A DNA stretch of 8,042 nt from Naegleria gruberi (GCA_000004985.1 GG739096.1); one strand, 5' to 3'. Shown: positions 1 through 7,985, numbered from the stretch's first letter. Notes: a model not told the origin generated them from the letters alone. Program-made: numbers and translations.

Positions 1-524
1 GTACTGGAAGAATTGACCATCTCTTGCATCAATGCTGGTAAATCAAGGTACCTTGCCAATTTAACAATCTTTTTCAATTTTCCAAGATCATCAGCTAGCC
101 CATTAATATTCAAATTATCTCCATATAAATATTCCAAAACTACATCAAAATCAGATCTAACCAAATATGTTCCTTCAGTCAACTCTATTTGCTGACTAAT
201 ATCTGCCACCTTCGTCATATCAACAACATATTTTCCATCCACAATGGCCACATCACTCGATTGTTCAATCATTCTCCGTATCAATCCACTCCTTTTCACA
301 ATAAAATCATGAACCTTATACTCAAACCAAGGAGTTTTGATCATCACATTCGGAGGAACAATTAATGGCTGATTGTCGCTCCTTTGATAAACAACCGATT
401 GAGCATCATCATCTTTGGAACCTCCATTAAGACTACGGAACATATTTAACAAATAATTGGACATGTCCATTTCTTCGAGTTGATTTCGTGGCCAAGCAGA
501 AAGCCAATTAAACCTTTTCGACAT
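1..524 (-). CDS. 5' portion of a protein-coding gene (about 174 codons visible, continues beyond window start); BTB/POZ-fold protein with an Elongin C / Skp1-like segment
   Basis: The reverse complement of 522-524 is ATG, preceded by an A-rich tract (AAAAAAATG; yeast-like start context, though A(-3) also holds at 6847 and the real start at 6075 is unknown). The open frame then runs to position 1 with no stop: MSKRFNWLSAWPRNQLEEMDMSNYLLNMFRSLNGG...IKTPWFEYKVHDFIVKRSGLIRRMIEQ...DFDVVLEYLYGDNLNI...IVKLARYLDLPAL. The block HDFIVKR + downstream hydrophobic pattern resembles Elongin C (HEFIVKRE...IKAML...ELLMAANFLD) as recalled from memory. It is not in the supplied ORF track, presumably because it has no stop within the window. 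The product call is from memory-based similarity only. Confidence 0.6.
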   Translation of the reverse strand, partial: MSKRFNWLSAWPRNQLEEMDMSNYLLNMFRSLNGGSKDDDAQSVVYQRSDNQPLIVPPNVMIKTPWFEYKVHDFIVKRSGLIRRMIEQSSDVAIVDGKYVVDMTKVADISQQIELTEGTYLVRSDFDVVLEYLYGDNLNINGLADDLGKLKKIVKLARYLDLPALMQEMVNSSS

Positions 525-759
525 TTTTTTCTCTTTTAATTTCCACTTATTTGTTTCCTTTGTAAAATCTTTGCAAAAAATTGTTGGCAATCAAAGATAT
601 TGTTTGAACTCAACTTGGAAAGCTCAAGCAGTGAAATGAAACTCTACTCGAAAAAAAACCAAAAAAATACCCGTTCGGCAATTAGCTTATCTTGGAGAGG
701 ATCATTGTCATCATTGGCTTTCTACATCATTCATTTATTTGTGCAGCTTGTTATTGTAT

Positions 760-767
760 TATATAAA
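760..767 (+). promoter_or_regulatory. TATA box (TATATAAA) in the divergent intergenic promoter, about 57-64 nt upstream of the ATG at 824; a second TATATAT lies at 786-792
   Basis: A consensus TATATAAA is seen directly in the sequence, at a distance from the start codon that is typical for yeast promoters. The 525-823 interval separates two divergently oriented gene starts. Confidence 0.35.
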
Positions 768-823
768 TTGTACATATTCCGAGTGTATATATTTTAATTA
801 GTAATATAAAGATCATCATCATC

Positions 824-1173
824 ATGATTGAGCAAGTGATTCAAGTTGCTTCATCATATTGGTATTTAGTATTAGCACCTTTGGGATTATTTAAATATGA
901 AGGAGCAATGACAACTTTTGACTTGTCAATCATGTCAGCCTTTTTCTTATTCTTTTGCCCAGTGGTGTTAATTCCATTGTTATTCTTTGGTGTGAGAGCA
1001 CCTTATGGAAAGTTTGCTTCTACTAATAGCAATGAAGGAGAATCAGCAGTGAGCAAATGGTGGAGAAGAATATCAAGTAAGACAGATATTGCCTTGAATG
1101 GTAGATTTGCATTTGCATTCCAAGAATCATTCGCATTATCTTCCTTCCTCTATGTATTATTAACTTGTGAATG
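824..1173 (+). CDS. N-terminal fragment (116 codons) of a 3-oxo-5-alpha-steroid 4-dehydrogenase (steroid 5-alpha-reductase, DET2/SRD5A1-like) family membrane protein; the rest is lost in the N-run
   Basis: ATG at 824 is the first in-frame ATG after a TAA at 764-766; an alternative ATG lies at 908. The translation contains hydrophobic TM-like segments and the motif FFGVRAPYGKF followed by WW..IS.K.DIALNGRFAFAFQESFALSSFLY. This matches the conserved N-terminal region of DET2/SRD5A1-type reductases as recalled (LQAPYGKH...IAWFVMESPTLWL). It is not the TSC13 or DFG10/SRD5A3 type, whose N-termini differ. The reading frame is open when it enters the Ns at 1174; the 824..5737 ORF in the track is an artifact. 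Confidence 0.6.
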
Positions 1174-4100
1174 NNNNNNNNNNNNNNNNNNNNNNNNNNN
1201 NNNNNNNNNNNNNNNNNNNNNNNNNNNNNNNNNNNNNNNNNNNNNNNNNNNNNNNNNNNNNNNNNNNNNNNNNNNNNNNNNNNNNNNNNNNNNNNNNNNN
1301 NNNNNNNNNNNNNNNNNNNNNNNNNNNNNNNNNNNNNNNNNNNNNNNNNNNNNNNNNNNNNNNNNNNNNNNNNNNNNNNNNNNNNNNNNNNNNNNNNNNN
1401 NNNNNNNNNNNNNNNNNNNNNNNNNNNNNNNNNNNNNNNNNNNNNNNNNNNNNNNNNNNNNNNNNNNNNNNNNNNNNNNNNNNNNNNNNNNNNNNNNNNN
1501 NNNNNNNNNNNNNNNNNNNNNNNNNNNNNNNNNNNNNNNNNNNNNNNNNNNNNNNNNNNNNNNNNNNNNNNNNNNNNNNNNNNNNNNNNNNNNNNNNNNN
1601 NNNNNNNNNNNNNNNNNNNNNNNNNNNNNNNNNNNNNNNNNNNNNNNNNNNNNNNNNNNNNNNNNNNNNNNNNNNNNNNNNNNNNNNNNNNNNNNNNNNN
1701 NNNNNNNNNNNNNNNNNNNNNNNNNNNNNNNNNNNNNNNNNNNNNNNNNNNNNNNNNNNNNNNNNNNNNNNNNNNNNNNNNNNNNNNNNNNNNNNNNNNN
1801 NNNNNNNNNNNNNNNNNNNNNNNNNNNNNNNNNNNNNNNNNNNNNNNNNNNNNNNNNNNNNNNNNNNNNNNNNNNNNNNNNNNNNNNNNNNNNNNNNNNN
1901 NNNNNNNNNNNNNNNNNNNNNNNNNNNNNNNNNNNNNNNNNNNNNNNNNNNNNNNNNNNNNNNNNNNNNNNNNNNNNNNNNNNNNNNNNNNNNNNNNNNN
2001 NNNNNNNNNNNNNNNNNNNNNNNNNNNNNNNNNNNNNNNNNNNNNNNNNNNNNNNNNNNNNNNNNNNNNNNNNNNNNNNNNNNNNNNNNNNNNNNNNNNN
2101 NNNNNNNNNNNNNNNNNNNNNNNNNNNNNNNNNNNNNNNNNNNNNNNNNNNNNNNNNNNNNNNNNNNNNNNNNNNNNNNNNNNNNNNNNNNNNNNNNNNN
2201 NNNNNNNNNNNNNNNNNNNNNNNNNNNNNNNNNNNNNNNNNNNNNNNNNNNNNNNNNNNNNNNNNNNNNNNNNNNNNNNNNNNNNNNNNNNNNNNNNNNN
2301 NNNNNNNNNNNNNNNNNNNNNNNNNNNNNNNNNNNNNNNNNNNNNNNNNNNNNNNNNNNNNNNNNNNNNNNNNNNNNNNNNNNNNNNNNNNNNNNNNNNN
2401 NNNNNNNNNNNNNNNNNNNNNNNNNNNNNNNNNNNNNNNNNNNNNNNNNNNNNNNNNNNNNNNNNNNNNNNNNNNNNNNNNNNNNNNNNNNNNNNNNNNN
2501 NNNNNNNNNNNNNNNNNNNNNNNNNNNNNNNNNNNNNNNNNNNNNNNNNNNNNNNNNNNNNNNNNNNNNNNNNNNNNNNNNNNNNNNNNNNNNNNNNNNN
2601 NNNNNNNNNNNNNNNNNNNNNNNNNNNNNNNNNNNNNNNNNNNNNNNNNNNNNNNNNNNNNNNNNNNNNNNNNNNNNNNNNNNNNNNNNNNNNNNNNNNN
2701 NNNNNNNNNNNNNNNNNNNNNNNNNNNNNNNNNNNNNNNNNNNNNNNNNNNNNNNNNNNNNNNNNNNNNNNNNNNNNNNNNNNNNNNNNNNNNNNNNNNN
2801 NNNNNNNNNNNNNNNNNNNNNNNNNNNNNNNNNNNNNNNNNNNNNNNNNNNNNNNNNNNNNNNNNNNNNNNNNNNNNNNNNNNNNNNNNNNNNNNNNNNN
2901 NNNNNNNNNNNNNNNNNNNNNNNNNNNNNNNNNNNNNNNNNNNNNNNNNNNNNNNNNNNNNNNNNNNNNNNNNNNNNNNNNNNNNNNNNNNNNNNNNNNN
3001 NNNNNNNNNNNNNNNNNNNNNNNNNNNNNNNNNNNNNNNNNNNNNNNNNNNNNNNNNNNNNNNNNNNNNNNNNNNNNNNNNNNNNNNNNNNNNNNNNNNN
3101 NNNNNNNNNNNNNNNNNNNNNNNNNNNNNNNNNNNNNNNNNNNNNNNNNNNNNNNNNNNNNNNNNNNNNNNNNNNNNNNNNNNNNNNNNNNNNNNNNNNN
3201 NNNNNNNNNNNNNNNNNNNNNNNNNNNNNNNNNNNNNNNNNNNNNNNNNNNNNNNNNNNNNNNNNNNNNNNNNNNNNNNNNNNNNNNNNNNNNNNNNNNN
3301 NNNNNNNNNNNNNNNNNNNNNNNNNNNNNNNNNNNNNNNNNNNNNNNNNNNNNNNNNNNNNNNNNNNNNNNNNNNNNNNNNNNNNNNNNNNNNNNNNNNN
3401 NNNNNNNNNNNNNNNNNNNNNNNNNNNNNNNNNNNNNNNNNNNNNNNNNNNNNNNNNNNNNNNNNNNNNNNNNNNNNNNNNNNNNNNNNNNNNNNNNNNN
3501 NNNNNNNNNNNNNNNNNNNNNNNNNNNNNNNNNNNNNNNNNNNNNNNNNNNNNNNNNNNNNNNNNNNNNNNNNNNNNNNNNNNNNNNNNNNNNNNNNNNN
3601 NNNNNNNNNNNNNNNNNNNNNNNNNNNNNNNNNNNNNNNNNNNNNNNNNNNNNNNNNNNNNNNNNNNNNNNNNNNNNNNNNNNNNNNNNNNNNNNNNNNN
3701 NNNNNNNNNNNNNNNNNNNNNNNNNNNNNNNNNNNNNNNNNNNNNNNNNNNNNNNNNNNNNNNNNNNNNNNNNNNNNNNNNNNNNNNNNNNNNNNNNNNN
3801 NNNNNNNNNNNNNNNNNNNNNNNNNNNNNNNNNNNNNNNNNNNNNNNNNNNNNNNNNNNNNNNNNNNNNNNNNNNNNNNNNNNNNNNNNNNNNNNNNNNN
3901 NNNNNNNNNNNNNNNNNNNNNNNNNNNNNNNNNNNNNNNNNNNNNNNNNNNNNNNNNNNNNNNNNNNNNNNNNNNNNNNNNNNNNNNNNNNNNNNNNNNN
4001 NNNNNNNNNNNNNNNNNNNNNNNNNNNNNNNNNNNNNNNNNNNNNNNNNNNNNNNNNNNNNNNNNNNNNNNNNNNNNNNNNNNNNNNNNNNNNNNNNNNN

Positions 4101-5710
4101 NNNNNNNNNNNNNNNNNNNNNNNNNNNNNNNNNNNNNNNNNNNNNNNNNNNNNNNNNNNNNNNNNNNNNNNNNNNNNNNNNNNNNNNNNNNNNNNNNNNN
4201 NNNNNNNNNNNNNNNNNNNNNNNNNNNNNNNNNNNNNNNNNNNNNNNNNNNNNNNNNNNNNNNNNNNNNNNNNNNNNNNNNNNNNNNNNNNNNNNNNNNN
4301 NNNNNNNNNNNNNNNNNNNNNNNNNNNNNNNNNNNNNNNNNNNNNNNNNNNNNNNNNNNNNNNNNNNNNNNNNNNNNNNNNNNNNNNNNNNNNNNNNNNN
4401 NNNNNNNNNNNNNNNNNNNNNNNNNNNNNNNNNNNNNNNNNNNNNNNNNNNNNNNNNNNNNNNNNNNNNNNNNNNNNNNNNNNNNNNNNNNNNNNNNNNN
4501 NNNNNNNNNNNNNNNNNNNNNNNNNNNNNNNNNNNNNNNNNNNNNNNNNNNNNNNNNNNNNNNNNNNNNNNNNNNNNNNNNNNNNNNNNNNNNNNNNNNN
4601 NNNNNNNNNNNNNNNNNNNNNNNNNNNNNNNNNNNNNNNNNNNNNNNNNNNNNNNNNNNNNNNNNNNNNNNNNNNNNNNNNNNNNNNNNNNNNNNNNNNN
4701 NNNNNNNNNNNNNNNNNNNNNNNNNNNNNNNNNNNNNNNNNNNNNNNNNNNNNNNNNNNNNNNNNNNNNNNNNNNNNNNNNNNNNNNNNNNNNNNNNNNN
4801 NNNNNNNNNNNNNNNNNNNNNNNNNNNNNNNNNNNNNNNNNNNNNNNNNNNNNNNNNNNNNNNNNNNNNNNNNNNNNNNNNNNNNNNNNNNNNNNNNNNN
4901 NNNNNNNNNNNNNNNNNNNNNNNNNNNNNNNNNNNNNNNNNNNNNNNNNNNNNNNNNNNNNNNNNNNNNNNNNNNNNNNNNNNNNNNNNNNNNNNNNNNN
5001 NNNNNNNNNNNNNNNNNNNNNNNNNNNNNNNNNNNNNNNNNNNNNNNNNNNNNNNNNNNNNNNNNNNNNNNNNNNNNNNNNNNNNNNNNNNNNNNNNNNN
5101 NNNNNNNNNNNNNNNNNNNNNNNNNNNNNNNNNNNNNNNNNNNNNNNNNNNNNNNNNNNNNNNNNNNNNNNNNNNNNNNNNNNNNNNNNNNNNNNNNNNN
5201 NNNNNNNNNNNNNNNNNNNNNNNNNNNNNNNNNNNNNNNNNNNNNNNNNNNNNNNNNNNNNNNNNNNNNNNNNNNNNNNNNNNNNNNNNNNNNNNNNNNN
5301 NNNNNNNNNNNNNNNNNNNNNNNNNNNNNNNNNNNNNNNNNNNNNNNNNNNNNNNNNNNNNNNNNNNNNNNNNNNNNNNNNNNNNNNNNNNNNNNNNNNN
5401 NNNNNNNNNNNNNNNNNNNNNNNNNNNNNNNNNNNNNNNNNNNNNNNNNNNNNNNNNNNNNNNNNNNNNNNNNNNNNNNNNNNNNNNNNNNNNNNNNNNN
5501 NNNNNNNNNNNNNNNNNNNNNNNNNNNNNNNNNNNNNNNNNNNNNNNNNNNNNNNNNNNNNNNNNNNNNNNNNNNNNNNNNNNNNNNNNNNNNNNNNNNN
5601 NNNNNNNNNNNNNNNNNNNNNNNNNNNNNNNNNNNNNNNNNNNNNNNNNNNNNNNNNNNNNNNNNNNNNNNNNNNNNNNNNNNNNNNNNNNNNNNNNNNN
5701 NNNNNNNNNN
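1174..5710. other. Uninterrupted run of 4537 N (assembly gap of estimated size, or hard-masked sequence); no information recoverable
   Basis: Counted directly: the last real bases ATG are at 1171-1173, Ns run from 1174 to 5710, and real sequence resumes with GCT at 5711. All multi-kb ORFs in the track spanning this interval are poly-X artifacts. Confidence 0.99.
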
Positions 5711-6074
5711 GCTGTAGTGGACATTTTCTCTGTTTAAAATTGCAGAATGAGATTTGTAGTTTTTTTTAGATTTTGAAAATATTTTGTTCATCCTTGATAA
5801 CTTGGTGTCATATCGAGAATTGGGGATGATGTTGTTGGAAGGGATGCATTATCGGATAGAATGTGGTTGAGAAGATATTGGCGAGAGATGAGAAAATTGC
5901 TCTCGGAAGCACAATTTTTGAATGGACATCCTGCTAAACGAGTTGATTCAACCAAAGATGTCGAGAGAATGCAAAGATATGATAATACTTTGATTAGGTT
6001 GAGCAATACAGGAGGAGAAGAAGAATGCTAAAGGTAAAAGAATATGAAATGACAATACTTCCTTCTTTGGCTAA

Positions 6075-6716
6075 TTGGATAGATTTGGAAAGTATTCTGA
6101 TACAGTATTGTTAATTTTCTATCATCATATTGAAGGTTTCATTCAGAGAAAAGATCATTATGATCCTTTCATTTTCAAACTCACTAGTGCCATGTTAGTC
6201 ATTGGTTTCAGACTTTTCGCTAGACCAGGTGAATTAGCTAGACTCAAGTGGGGTTATGTTACAAAGCTTAGAAATGGTAACATCAAATTAGATCTCAGTG
6301 GTCACAAAACAGATTTCTTTCTACTAGAAAAGCCGATTACTATTGACAAGCATCTTGAAAATCCTTCAGTGTGTCCAGTGAAATTGCTTTTTGATTACAT
6401 GGACACTGTACAGCATTTCAAAAAAGCAGATTCACCATTGTTTTCATTGCAGGACAATATTTTCTTCAACACTGAAGATGTTTCTCAACTTATCAAGAAT
6501 GCTATGTTCTATGTTGATTCAGAAATCACTGTTTCTGGTCACAGTTTACGTATTGGTGCAACTACTGAGAGTATTATCAAGGGAATTCCCACTCAGGATA
6601 TTATTATGGGGACTAGACATAAGGATGTGAAATCTTTACAACCTTATCAAAGACAAGAAGCTCTTGCAGCTCGCCACTTGTCTACTACTCTCCTTTCTCG
6701 GGACAATATCCATTAG
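6075..6716 (+). CDS. Tyrosine recombinase (phage-integrase family, Cre/lambda-Int type) catalytic domain, complete through the catalytic Tyr. The ORF has no ATG start and no N-terminal core-binding domain, so it is either an exon or C-terminal part of a larger gene, or a pseudogenised mobile-element relic
   Basis: Translation shows the full catalytic signature in canonical order and spacing: Arg I in FARPGELARLKW (R50, codon 6222-6224), Lys in SGHKTD (K78), HxxR in VSGHSLRIGATTE (H156 at 6540-6542, R159), second His in GTRHKDV (H182), and Tyr nine residues later in SLQPYQ (Y191, TAT 6645-6647). Segment-by-segment it parallels Cre (LLRIAEIARIRV / GRTKT / WSGHSARVGAARDMA..IPEIMQAGGWTNVNIVMNYIR) as recalled. 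The 'M' in the ORF track is a TTG (6075-6077) that directly follows an in-frame TAA (6072-6074). The first in-frame ATG (M40, 6192) would delete part of the fold. Confidence 0.75.
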   Translation: MDRFGKYSDTVLLIFYHHIEGFIQRKDHYDPFIFKLTSAMLVIGFRLFARPGELARLKWGYVTKLRNGNIKLDLSGHKTDFFLLEKPITIDKHLENPSVCPVKLLFDYMDTVQHFKKADSPLFSLQDNIFFNTEDVSQLIKNAMFYVDSEITVSGHSLRIGATTESIIKGIPTQDIIMGTRHKDVKSLQPYQRQEALAARHLSTTLLSRDNIH

Positions 6717-6846
6717 TTTATTTATTGTTGGTTTTCTTTTAAGAAACATGTTCTTATCGAAGTTTACTGAGATAAAGTAGTGTTTCTTGAAAACAACAAT
6801 TGAATAAACTAATAATAGAAAGTATGCTCAAAAAAATTGTCATACT

Positions 6847-7974
6847 ATGGTCGCTAAGAAGCCTCAAGATATTGACTCCTCTTCATCTGATGAAGATCTC
6901 CCAGCAGTTGAAGTAGAATACCCCACAACACCAGTGAAAGCAAGAAAACAACAAGCTGCTAAGAAGCTTAGAAAGTTAAAGGCCATGTCACCTGTAGCTA
7001 ATAGAAATAAGCGCAAACAATCTACTTCAGTTTCATCATCTAACAGTGCCTTAGATGATGGTATTTCAACTGTTGTTTCCAGTTCGTTGCTAAGCAATTC
7101 AACTTTGTTGGATAGTTCTTCAACTGCACCCTCTTCGTCAAACAATTCGTCTTCTTCCAATTCAGGTAGAGATAGTTTTGCCAGTAGTTCATCTGAACAT
7201 GATATCATGGCGATCAAAGCCCAAATGCAAGAAATGATTGGAGTTTTGAGAACCGTAACAGGAAATATCTCTGAACTTACTAAGAAAGTTCAGGAGAGAG
7301 AAGAAGAATCAGATGATGATTTTGTTAATCCAGAAGCTATATCTCCAGAAGTTTGGTTACGTCAAACTTATAGAGACCTTAGAAGTTCTTACAATGTTCC
7401 TTCATCTATTGGAGATGATTTATTACTATCTGCAGTATCCTCCGAGATACTTAAAGACCGTAAACAAGAGGAGACCAAGAGAAGAATTCAATATTTGCTC
7501 CTTAAATACAAGGATGTGATTTCCAAGTTTGCCCCAGACATTAGATTGGATGAGATTAACAGTATTGGTTATTCTAAACTAGTAGAGTTAACTCAAATCA
7601 AAATTGAATTGTTGGAATATGCATTGAATTCTCCACTTGATTTTACAGTCATGACAGAGATTACAGAACTTTGTAGAATGATTTGCAAAGTTGAAGCCCT
7701 CTTCCTTAAAGAAGGTTTACAAGTTTCCACTTTCGATGTTGGTAGAGAATTCCTTAACAGATACATTTCTACTAATAGTTTCGAAACTGCTGCCGAAAGT
7801 GAACTTCATAATATTAGAACAACATATCATTACTACAAAGCAACCAAGCAGCAACAAGGTCCAAAGGGAATTACCAAGAAGTATTCTAAGAAGAAACCGT
7901 TTCAAAAGAAAAACAATAAGGGTCAAGGAAACGGTGGTAAATTCCAAGGAAAAGATAAGGATAAGTCAGAATGA
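6847..7974 (+). CDS. Hypothetical 375-aa protein: Lys-rich N-terminus, long Ser/Asn-rich low-complexity stretch, central region with charged heptad-like segments, and a strongly basic Gly/Lys C-terminal tail. Function unknown; a Gag-like or nucleic-acid-binding protein is one possibility
   Basis: ATG at 6847 with A at -3 and G at +4. There are 375 codons with no CTG and a codon preference matching the other genes in the window, ending at TGA 7972-7974. The C-terminal 30 residues (KKYSKKKPFQKKNNKGQGNGGKFQGKDKDKSE) are highly basic. I recognise no confident homolog. The antisense ORFs 6864..7217 and 7717..7947 are mirror artifacts. Confidence 0.55.
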   Translation: MVAKKPQDIDSSSSDEDLPAVEVEYPTTPVKARKQQAAKKLRKLKAMSPVANRNKRKQSTSVSSSNSALDDGISTVVSSSLLSNSTLLDSSSTAPSSSNNSSSSNSGRDSFASSSSEHDIMAIKAQMQEMIGVLRTVTGNISELTKKVQEREEESDDDFVNPEAISPEVWLRQTYRDLRSSYNVPSSIGDDLLLSAVSSEILKDRKQEETKRRIQYLLLKYKDVISKFAPDIRLDEINSIGYSKLVELTQIKIELLEYALNSPLDFTVMTEITELCRMICKVEALFLKEGLQVSTFDVGREFLNRYISTNSFETAAESELHNIRTTYHYYKATKQQQGPKGITKKYSKKKPFQKKNNKGQGNGGKFQGKDKDKSE

Positions 7975-7985
7975 CTCTTCCACTC

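Larger units (their letters stand above)
6075..7974 (+). mobile_element. Candidate fragment of a tyrosine-recombinase-encoding eukaryotic mobile element (Crypton-like or DIRS/Ngaro-like), or its domesticated remnant: recombinase catalytic-domain ORF plus adjacent co-oriented basic-tailed ORF, abutting a 4.5-kb unreadable block. This is a hypothesis, not a demonstrated element
   Basis: In eukaryotes outside plasmids, Cre-type tyrosine-recombinase domains are characteristic of Cryptons and DIRS-like retroelements (established knowledge). The truncated, ATG-less recombinase ORF with stop-ridden upstream sequence looks like a decayed insertion (inference). No terminal repeats were found in the readable sequence. 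Confidence 0.25.

Noticed and set aside
600-797. 65-aa ORF in the divergent promoter and the 60-aa ORF 13..195 (+)
   Set aside because: 600..797 sits in the intergenic promoter, overlaps the TATA elements and has a low-complexity hydrophobic translation. 13..195 is antisense to the minus-strand gene that fills 1..524.
824-5791. Five overlapping 1500-1640-aa ORFs on both strands (824..5737, 1150..5724, 1160..5791, 1167..5717, 1171..5769)
   Set aside because: They are open only because N translates to X. Real sequence contributes 116 codons (for 824..) or a handful of codons (the others). The 824 ORF is retained only as the 824..1173 fragment.
5788-6006. 72-aa minus-strand ORF in the leader upstream of the recombinase domain
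   Set aside because: The composition is unremarkable, there is no recognisable motif, and it is in a region where all plus frames are stop-riddled, suggesting decayed sequence. The ORF length is within chance expectation for AT-moderate DNA.
6391-6630. 79-aa plus-strand ORF inside the recombinase gene in another frame; likewise 7313..7519 inside the 375-aa ORF
   Set aside because: These are alternative-frame ORFs nested within much longer frames that have recognisable domain content. There is no supporting signal.
6075-6716. Possibility that the recombinase is FLP-like from an integrated 2-micron-type plasmid (with the 375-aa ORF as a REP-like partitioning protein)
   Set aside because: The catalytic signature has His, not Trp, before the nucleophile, and a 9-residue His-to-Tyr spacing. 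Both are Cre/lambda-Int/Crypton/DIRS-like rather than FLP-family (Trp, 13-residue spacing). No large inverted repeats are visible in the readable sequence. This cannot be fully excluded, because the N-run hides 4.5 kb.
6717-6846. Searched the 130-nt spacer between the recombinase ORF and the 375-aa ORF, and the post-gap leader 5711-5800, for LTR/TIR-like terminal repeats or a tRNA primer-binding site
   Set aside because: No direct or inverted repeats longer than about 8 nt are shared between the two regions, and there is no TGG-initiated tRNA-complementary stretch. The 130-nt spacer is too short for a typical LTR. Element boundaries therefore cannot be defined from the readable sequence.
6864-7217. 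117-aa minus-strand ORF (acidic, Glu/Leu-rich) and the 76-aa minus ORF at 7717..7947
   Set aside because: They lie entirely antisense to the well-supported plus-strand ORF 6847..7974. The 6864..7217 composition is the complement shadow of the Ser/Lys-rich sense codons, with no independent start context.
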